This document shows, in pieces, positions 58,036-64,000 of a DNA stretch of 64,000 nucleotides. Both the position numbers and the translations under genes were made by a program. The stretch spans positions 124,001 through 188,000 of the IMG/VR virus record IMGVR_UViG_3300027963_000035. The stretch is one strand, 5' to 3'. The notes below the pieces were generated by a model. The model was not told where the DNA came from. It saw only the letters and a list, made by a program, of their open reading frames with translations, and ran no database searches. Position 1 is the stretch's first letter. Each line of letters begins with the position of its first letter.

Positions 58036-58053
58036 ACCGTACCGGAGGGAAAC
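58036..58053 (-). promoter_or_regulatory. outlying promoter motif
   Basis: Minus strand GTTTCCCTCCGGTACGGT. Confidence 0.75.
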
Positions 58054-58371
58054 GGAGTGTCTACATTTCCTTTTCTCTATTTTGTCTCTTCTTTATCTTG
58101 ACTACGTTTCTCTCGCAGTCATTGCAAAAAGTATTCATGCGTCTTTCAATCCCAATATCATCTAATGGGAAGTTTACCACGTGAGTTCGGTCGCAAAAAC
58201 CACAGTGTTTTTTAACTCTGGCTATGCCGTTATTTACTGCCAATAATTTGTGATAAGGGCCTGGCTTTTTATTTTTCATTTACCCTCCCAGTTGATAAAA
58301 AGTTATTATATCAACTAGAAGAGATTTGGCAATAGATGTTTTATATATCTTTTATTTTATAATTCAAGATT

Positions 58372-58863
58372 CTAGGAACTCTTTTTTCCTTTTCTAATAT
58401 CATCTACTGTTAATCCTGGTTGAAATTTACCAATCATTCTTTCAACAACTTCTCTTGGAAGAGCTTTGTTTATATTTTTTCTACTTTCTTGACGTTTCAT
58501 TAATTCATCAATATCCGGAATTGGAAGTTCTTCTATTCTAACCGAATAACCGTACTTATCGGCAAGCCTGACATACTCTGAACCTTCCCATGCTTGAGTC
58601 ATAGTATTATCAACAACTATTGGAGATAAACCATTCTTCATGGCCTCTTCAGTTCTTTCTTGATTTAGTTTATGATAATGACCTATTTTAGTCACATCAA
58701 AATTATATTTTCCATCCTGCATAAAGAAATCATCGGTGGAAAATATCTTGCCATTTCCAACTAATTTTTTAGCAACCGTACTTTTTCCGGAACCTGATAT
58801 TCCCCTCATAAGTATTAGTTGTTTATTTTCTTTATTTTCTAGCCAATTTGTGAATTTTTTCAT
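58372..58863 (-). CDS. P-loop kinase (AAA_33 / N4BP2-like, polynucleotide kinase family) with capsid-targeting-like N-terminus
   Basis: MKKFTNWLENKE; MRGISGSGKST, STDDFF, VVDNT. Confidence 0.85.
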   Translation of the reverse strand: MKKFTNWLENKENKQLILMRGISGSGKSTVAKKLVGNGKIFSTDDFFMQDGKYNFDVTKIGHYHKLNQERTEEAMKNGLSPIVVDNTMTQAWEGSEYVRLADKYGYSVRIEELPIPDIDELMKRQESRKNINKALPREVVERMIGKFQPGLTVDDIRKGKKSS

Positions 58864-58893
58864 AGTAAAAATATGTAGAATTGAGCGATTGAA

Positions 58894-59763
58894 TTATTGT
58901 TTAAGTTTTTCTATGTTTTCTAGCAACTCTTTGTCATCTGCAATAGTTGCTTCTTTTATAAAATCACCTAGATTTAATACTTTTTGACTTAATGAGAACA
59001 CATTTGCTTTTCTTTTATTTTGATTCTCGGTATCTTTGATATCTATAAAAACTTCTGGGTCTTCCCCTAAAAATTTCATAATATCTTTATAAAAAACAAC
59101 ATGATCATCGCCAATTAAATTTTCATAGGCCACACGATGATATTCTATATTGTTTAATAAACAAAAACAAACCGCATCAGCTTCTTCTTTTAATAAATTT
59201 ATTTTATATTTAGTGTATTTATCATACGATACATTTACGCTAACTATGTTATTTTTATCGCTGTTGATCTTATTACCCCACGAACAAGAACTAACTCTTG
59301 TGACTTGACTTGTCAACCATGAAATATATTTTAATAAAATATTATCACGAGTCAAATGTATTATTTTTATATTATTTTTTTTTATATATTTTAAAAAATC
59401 ATCAAGTTTGATAGAATCCTCTGGCGGTAGCCAATAATTCTTAAGATGATATTCAAAAAATGCTTTAAATCCAAAGTATTTTGACGGAACAACATCTTCC
59501 CATAGTTTTAAGTATTCTTCAAAATTTCTATTTCTATTGATTACGAATTTAGATGGATCGTTTCCAAGTATATTGGCCAATTTTTTTTGAATCTCTATAT
59601 TATTAAATAGTTCTGCTTTTTTTTGTAGTGATGTGTATTTTATCTCTTTATCCGGCTGTAACAACTCATATTCGCATATTATATTTTTTTGATTTGTTAA
59701 AAACTCACATAACATTTGCGATCCACTTCGATGTGTCGTGATAATTATAAATTTTTTTGCCAT
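58894..59763 (-). CDS. sulfotransferase (Stf0-like)
   Basis: HRSGS PAPS-binding loop, GFK, IIHLTR.N.L..Y.S, V.YE.L. Confidence 0.8.
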   Translation of the reverse strand: MAKKFIIITTHRSGSQMLCEFLTNQKNIICEYELLQPDKEIKYTSLQKKAELFNNIEIQKKLANILGNDPSKFVINRNRNFEEYLKLWEDVVPSKYFGFKAFFEYHLKNYWLPPEDSIKLDDFLKYIKKNNIKIIHLTRDNILLKYISWLTSQVTRVSSCSWGNKINSDKNNIVSVNVSYDKYTKYKINLLKEEADAVCFCLLNNIEYHRVAYENLIGDDHVVFYKDIMKFLGEDPEVFIDIKDTENQNKRKANVFSLSQKVLNLGDFIKEATIADDKELLENIEKLKQ

Positions 59764-59806
59764 AATTTTAAATCTATTAATAAAAATTAGCAAATATATA
59801 TATCAT

Positions 59807-60388
59807 ATGATCAAAACAAAAAATAGAGATGAATTTTTAGAAACAATTTCACATCACATGCCCAAAAATCCTCAATGTATAGAATTGGGTGTTTATAAGG
59901 GAGAGTTCTCAAGAAAGATTTTAAATATACTCAAGCCAAGTAAACTTTATTTGGTTGATCCATGGTTATCCGGAAGTGATAAAAATGGAAAAAATGAAAC
60001 ATATGGGTCTGCTTTAGGCAATATGAACACAGCATATTCGGGTGAAGGAGAATATCAACAAGTAATTCAAGGCTTCTCCGATGAAATAAAGTCAGAACAA
60101 GTTATCATAGATAGAAATTTTTCATATGATGCGGTTAAAAATTTCCCAGATAATTTTTTTGATTTAATTTACATAGACTCTTGTCATTTATATGATTGCG
60201 TAAAATCTGATCTGAATGATTATCTTTGTAAACTAAAAAAAGAAGGAATAATGGCTGGGCACGACTATTCAAGGTTTGATGATTTTGGAGTCATAGAGGC
60301 TGTAGATGAATTTGTGATCAAAAATAATTTCAATTTTTTTGTATTAAACGAAGAAGATCATGATTGGGCATTAAAAAGATTGACTTGA
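59807..60388 (+). CDS. class I SAM-dependent methyltransferase (Methyltransf_24-like)
   Basis: IELGVYKG, LVDPW, DLIYID..H.Y, GHDY. Confidence 0.85.
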   Translation: MIKTKNRDEFLETISHHMPKNPQCIELGVYKGEFSRKILNILKPSKLYLVDPWLSGSDKNGKNETYGSALGNMNTAYSGEGEYQQVIQGFSDEIKSEQVIIDRNFSYDAVKNFPDNFFDLIYIDSCHLYDCVKSDLNDYLCKLKKEGIMAGHDYSRFDDFGVIEAVDEFVIKNNFNFFVLNEEDHDWALKRLT

Positions 60389-60391
60389 TTT

Positions 60392-61084
60392 ATGATATCT
60401 GTTTTAACTTTAACTTATCAAAGAAAAAATCTATTAGAAGAAGCAATCTCCTCCTACTTACAGCAGGATTATAAACAAGAATCTGAGATGGTTGTGGTCA
60501 ACGATAGCCCTGATGTTGAATATGAATATGATCACCCAAGAATAAGAATAATCAACTCTAAAGAGAGATTTGGTTCAATAGGAAATAAACTAAAGTATTC
60601 GTACCAAAAATGCAGGGGAGATTACATCTTTCGATTAGATGATGATGATTTGATGATGAACTTTGCGTTATCGAACACTATGGAAACAATAAACAAAAAT
60701 CCTGATTATGAGTTATACAGACCAATTTATAATTATCTGTTTTTTAACAATGAGTTTGAAAAAATTAACTCAGGAACCAATACAGGTAATGTTTATAGTA
60801 AGAAATACTTAGACAGAATAGTATTTCCAGATAAGATGGTCGGTGAAGATATTGATATCACGTTTGGTAACAACGTAAAATCTTTCAAGATGGAAAAGAT
60901 ACATCTAATATACAGATGGTTTAAAAGAGAGAATAAAAACTATTATCATGCTTCAAGAGAAAACAATCAGGAGGAAATTGATAAGAGATTGGTTTTTGAA
61001 AAAGGCAAGATATTCTTAAATCCACACTTTGAAAAAGACTATCAAAATAGTCTTTTGATTAGCTCAGAGGATTCTCCCCAATAA
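60392..61084 (+). CDS. glycosyltransferase family 2
   Basis: ISVLT.TY.R, VVVND, RLDDDD, GED. Confidence 0.85.
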   Translation: MISVLTLTYQRKNLLEEAISSYLQQDYKQESEMVVVNDSPDVEYEYDHPRIRIINSKERFGSIGNKLKYSYQKCRGDYIFRLDDDDLMMNFALSNTMETINKNPDYELYRPIYNYLFFNNEFEKINSGTNTGNVYSKKYLDRIVFPDKMVGEDIDITFGNNVKSFKMEKIHLIYRWFKRENKNYYHASRENNQEEIDKRLVFEKGKIFLNPHFEKDYQNSLLISSEDSPQ

Positions 61085-61878
61085 GCGTCCACATCGTATG
61101 TGTCTCTGCTGTATATGCTAAAATGTGACGTGAAGTGCTTTCCGTGGTTCACATGAATGGCCGGGTTACGGCAAACCCATTTCTGTCTGTTTCTTCCTGG
61201 TTCAAGTAGAACTCCACCGTTTCTGATTGCTTCTTTAAATAAGCTTTCAAAGTGGTCTACTGCTTGACTAAATATCATGGTCATTTGATGAAGTGGCTCA
61301 TGATCGGCTGTCTTTTTTTGAAAACCTCTATCGCATATCCCCATATAGTTCATATTTGTGGTTACACCATTGTCGAAATCTGGGTAATCAAAATAACCAT
61401 CTGGGTATAGGACATCATGCTCCAAAAAACTTACATATTTATAATTTCCTGTTTGCTTGGCAACATAAAGAAGTTGTAGAATTTGGATTATGATATTCAA
61501 ATGACTGCTGCTTTTTGTTAAAGCCTGAGTCTCATAAAATTTGTTGCCCATTATTGGCTGCCAAACACAAGTTAATATGTCAACATTTTCAAATTTTTCC
61601 AGGGATTTTAAACTTTGACTTACAACTTTGTTTACATTATTATTTGTGTAAAAAATACCTAATTTTTCATTATTGGTATCAGGTAAAGATAGGTAAGCAT
61701 TTTCGGGAATTTTTCTAGATCCATGGCTAGACTCTACTTCTAAATGTTTGAACACACCAGGTCTTGGATCTCCAAATAAATCATTACTAACCTTTACTTT
61801 CAAAGTTCCATTGGCTATCTTTGAATCAAGTATTGATTTTACGTCTTTTCCGCCATAAGTGGCCTTGTATATTATCAT
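61042..61878 (-). CDS. putative glycosyltransferase with N-terminal lectin-like domain
   Basis: KATYG..VSNDLFGDP.PG..K.L; FLEHDVLYP. Confidence 0.65.
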   Translation of the reverse strand: MIIYKATYGGKDVKSILDSKIANGTLKVKVSNDLFGDPRPGVFKHLEVESSHGSRKIPENAYLSLPDTNNEKLGIFYTNNNVNKVVSQSLKSLEKFENVDILTCVWQPIMGNKFYETQALTKSSSHLNIIIQILQLLYVAKQTGNYKYVSFLEHDVLYPDGYFDYPDFDNGVTTNMNYMGICDRGFQKKTADHEPLHQMTMIFSQAVDHFESLFKEAIRNGGVLLEPGRNRQKWVCRNPAIHVNHGKHFTSHFSIYSRDTYDVDAYWGESSELIKRLF

Positions 61879-61913
61879 TCAAATATATAGTAGTATAAAA
61901 CTAAATATAAATT

Positions 61914-62165
61914 ATGATATCATTAGCTGTTTTAGCGTGTGCCGTATTACTTTTCACACTATTGTGCGGACCTGTTGTTTATCTTATTTCCAAAATTGAA
62001 TTTATTCCTCAAGTAATTAGAAATATACTGGGGTTTGTTTGTCTTTTATTTTCTGGTTATTTATTGGTGACTGTACCGATACCGATAATCCAACTTTTTT
62101 GTTTTATTTCAATTATTTTTTCATACGCATCTATAAAAATAAAAAAACCCACTAGGCTCAATTAA
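61914..62165 (+). CDS. small membrane protein
   Basis: Three hydrophobic segments. Confidence 0.6.
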   Translation: MISLAVLACAVLLFTLLCGPVVYLISKIEFIPQVIRNILGFVCLLFSGYLLVTVPIPIIQLFCFISIIFSYASIKIKKPTRLN

Positions 62166-62180
62166 GAACCTAGTGGGTTT
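62141..62180 (-). terminator. intrinsic (probably bidirectional) terminator
   Basis: aaacccactagg / cctagtgggttt with an A run. Confidence 0.75.
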
Positions 62181-62205
62181 GAAATGAGGATACTAGTTCC
62201 GTTTT

Positions 62206-62898
62206 TTAACGGAAGATGCCACTCTTGTTCACAATATCGCAAATTGCGAACTTGCTTGCGGTGGGATCATCGCCAAGGCTAGGGTTGGCAATAGCAATCG
62301 TGCTAACCTTCTCCAAATAACGATTAACAACAACCGGATCACTCACCTTGCGGAAAAGATCATCAAGGGTTCGCTCACCGGCCGTATACTTAACCGTACG
62401 ATCAAGAAGATCACCAACATTGAATCCACCATGCTCTTGAAGAACTTCAATAATATTCTGGACTGTTTCCTCATTATCAAGAACGCTTTTCTTGAAACTA
62501 ACAGTCTCCTTGCACTCAACATCAATGCCCATTGATTCAAGATCACTAACCGTGCCTTGATCCAAAGTGCTAACGCTACGGCGGCAATCACATCGTGCAG
62601 TAGCAATATCACCATGACCCTCAATACTTTCAGGCTTGGCTCCATCACGAATACCAATCTCGGCAAACTTGGCCCGAATCTGCTCCTTGAGTTCATCCTC
62701 AAAAATCTTGAGTTCATTTTCAAGCATGGCCTTAGCCTGCTTCAAAGCACTGACCTTATCGAAAAGATTTACACCATCAACACTACTGGTAGTATTGAAA
62801 TCAATCTTTTCGTAATCCTTCTTCTTACTAGCGGCACTGGTCGCCTTAGTATCAACAACGCCACCGAAACCACTACCGGAAGTCTTAGCCTTAGCCAT
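62206..62898 (-). CDS. hypothetical protein
   Basis: 230 aa, motif at 62954, own terminator. Confidence 0.75.
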   Translation of the reverse strand: MAKAKTSGSGFGGVVDTKATSAASKKKDYEKIDFNTTSSVDGVNLFDKVSALKQAKAMLENELKIFEDELKEQIRAKFAEIGIRDGAKPESIEGHGDIATARCDCRRSVSTLDQGTVSDLESMGIDVECKETVSFKKSVLDNEETVQNIIEVLQEHGGFNVGDLLDRTVKYTAGERTLDDLFRKVSDPVVVNRYLEKVSTIAIANPSLGDDPTASKFAICDIVNKSGIFR

Positions 62899-62953
62899 TG
62901 TATTTTTATCCCTATATGATTTATCTTGCTACACGGAACACCCGCATAGCACC

Positions 62954-62971
62954 ACCGTACCAGAAAGAAAC
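62954..62971 (-). promoter_or_regulatory. outlying promoter motif
   Basis: Minus strand GTTTCTTTCTGGTACGGT. Confidence 0.75.
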
Positions 62972-63243
62972 TACTTCGAGTTAATAGTCAAACTACCAAT
63001 AAAAGGCTTCAGTTTAAGTTTAGCCAATTTTGTAGTAGAACCAAGTTTAATATCAGAATCTTCTGAATGAACCACAATACCAACATTTTTCTTATCTGTA
63101 ATCATCCACAATACTTGTTTAGGATGATCTTCCCATTCAACAATCTTAGATTGTTCCAATAGCAATTGAACTTTAGCTTCTTTGCTTAATTCGATCACAG
63201 ATGGAATATCTGGTTGAACATCTGGATTATGAGGATCAGTCAT
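62971..63243 (-). CDS. hypothetical protein
   Basis: AAGGA RBS. Confidence 0.6.
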   Translation of the reverse strand: MTDPHNPDVQPDIPSVIELSKEAKVQLLLEQSKIVEWEDHPKQVLWMITDKKNVGIVVHSEDSDIKLGSTTKLAKLKLKPFIGSLTINSK

Positions 63244-63252
63244 TTTGTTTCC

Positions 63253-64000
63253 TTACTGTAAGTCATTGTATCGAATAACATCACCAAAAGGAGGCTTAAC
63301 ATCACTGGTCAATACCCACAATGTATTGAACTTTTTAGGATCTTCTCCAAATTCCCCATAACCATCTGTGAAAAATACACAATAATCAGGGCGAATCTTT
63401 TTGTCAACAAGATGCTTGAACACCGGAACGAAATCAGTCCCGCCACCACCCTGCAAACAAGGCAGGGGTTGATTGCTATTAATCCAACGACCAGTGTAAA
63501 CATCTGCATCGCAGTCCATAAAGTAAATATTAGCATTCAATTGCTTTCGGATACCATCAAGTTCCGAAATAGCATTTTTGAGATCTTCTTCACTCATGCT
63601 GCCACTTGTATCAATGGCGTATGCAATCTTAGGCTGATTAGGCCCGTGATAACTCGGGAACACGAAATCACGATCAAGGAATCGCTTGTTAGGCATACTC
63701 CAATTAGTATCGGCCTTGGCAAGACGGTCAGTTCCAAACCTGAGTTTCTCACGCAACTTACTAAGCCAATCAATCTTGGGACGAAGATGACTGACAATCA
63801 TACGCTCCATACCAGCAGGAAGCAAACCCTGACTCTTACTGATGTTGAAGGCGTCCGAAACTGCTCGACGTACATAGTCTTTCATTTCACGACTAATTTG
63901 TTCCTTATTCTTACCGTTCTTCTTAGGAAGAGGAACTCGTCGCTCACGAATATCTACATACTTCTTGCCATCACCATCACCATCTTGATTATCTTCGCCT
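63253..64000 (-). CDS. DUF2201-type VWA-domain protein (putative metallopeptidase), 5' part beyond window edge
   Basis: IDW...LR, AIDTSGSM MIDAS motif, GGGGTDF, FTDGYG; frame stays open to the window end. Confidence 0.85.
   Translation of the reverse strand, partial: GEDNQDGDGDGKKYVDIRERRVPLPKKNGKNKEQISREMKDYVRRAVSDAFNISKSQGLLPAGMERMIVSHLRPKIDWLSKLREKLRFGTDRLAKADTNWSMPNKRFLDRDFVFPSYHGPNQPKIAYAIDTSGSMSEEDLKNAISELDGIRKQLNANIYFMDCDADVYTGRWINSNQPLPCLQGGGGTDFVPVFKHLVDKKIRPDYCVFFTDGYGEFGEDPKKFNTLWVLTSDVKPPFGDVIRYNDLQ

Noticed and set aside
1-64000. Alternative genetic code (stop-codon reassignment)
   Set aside because: Long recognisable genes are intact under code 11, and TAG, TGA and TAA all end genes. 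The UUA reading of the 31.2 kb tRNA-like RNA needs a distorted stem.

Overview
This 64 kb window looks like part of a large (jumbo-type) tailed-phage genome in the standard genetic code. The host is probably a planctomycete, inferred from a DUF2294 gene, a DUF1559-style prepilin leader and a LEPR-XLL-like signal. The AT-rich flanks (about 1-22 kb and 39-64 kb) carry a CCA-adding enzyme, delta-60 beta-propeller and lectin proteins, many glycosyl-, methyl- and sulfotransferases, phosphoesterases, a P-loop kinase, HNH nucleases and a family of proteins with a T4-like capsid-targeting N-terminus. The centre (about 22.3-38.9 kb) is a more GC-rich array of small minus-strand genes and tRNAs. Nearly every unit there is preceded by the motif TYYRG-TACGGT (about 45 copies counted by eye, plus 4 outliers). 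The motif sits exactly 8 nt before a Y/R step, and before the ATG of six leaderless genes, which points to a phage-specific promoter. Six paralogous stand-alone sigma-region-4-like HTH proteins are each under this motif, so motif plus HTH family is the best candidate for an undescribed regulatory system. Also present: tRNA-Gln(UUG) split by a group I intron next to a free-standing HNH gene, two aberrant tRNA-like RNAs, and several repeat families and recombination scars. All domain calls come from motif recognition by eye, not database searches.
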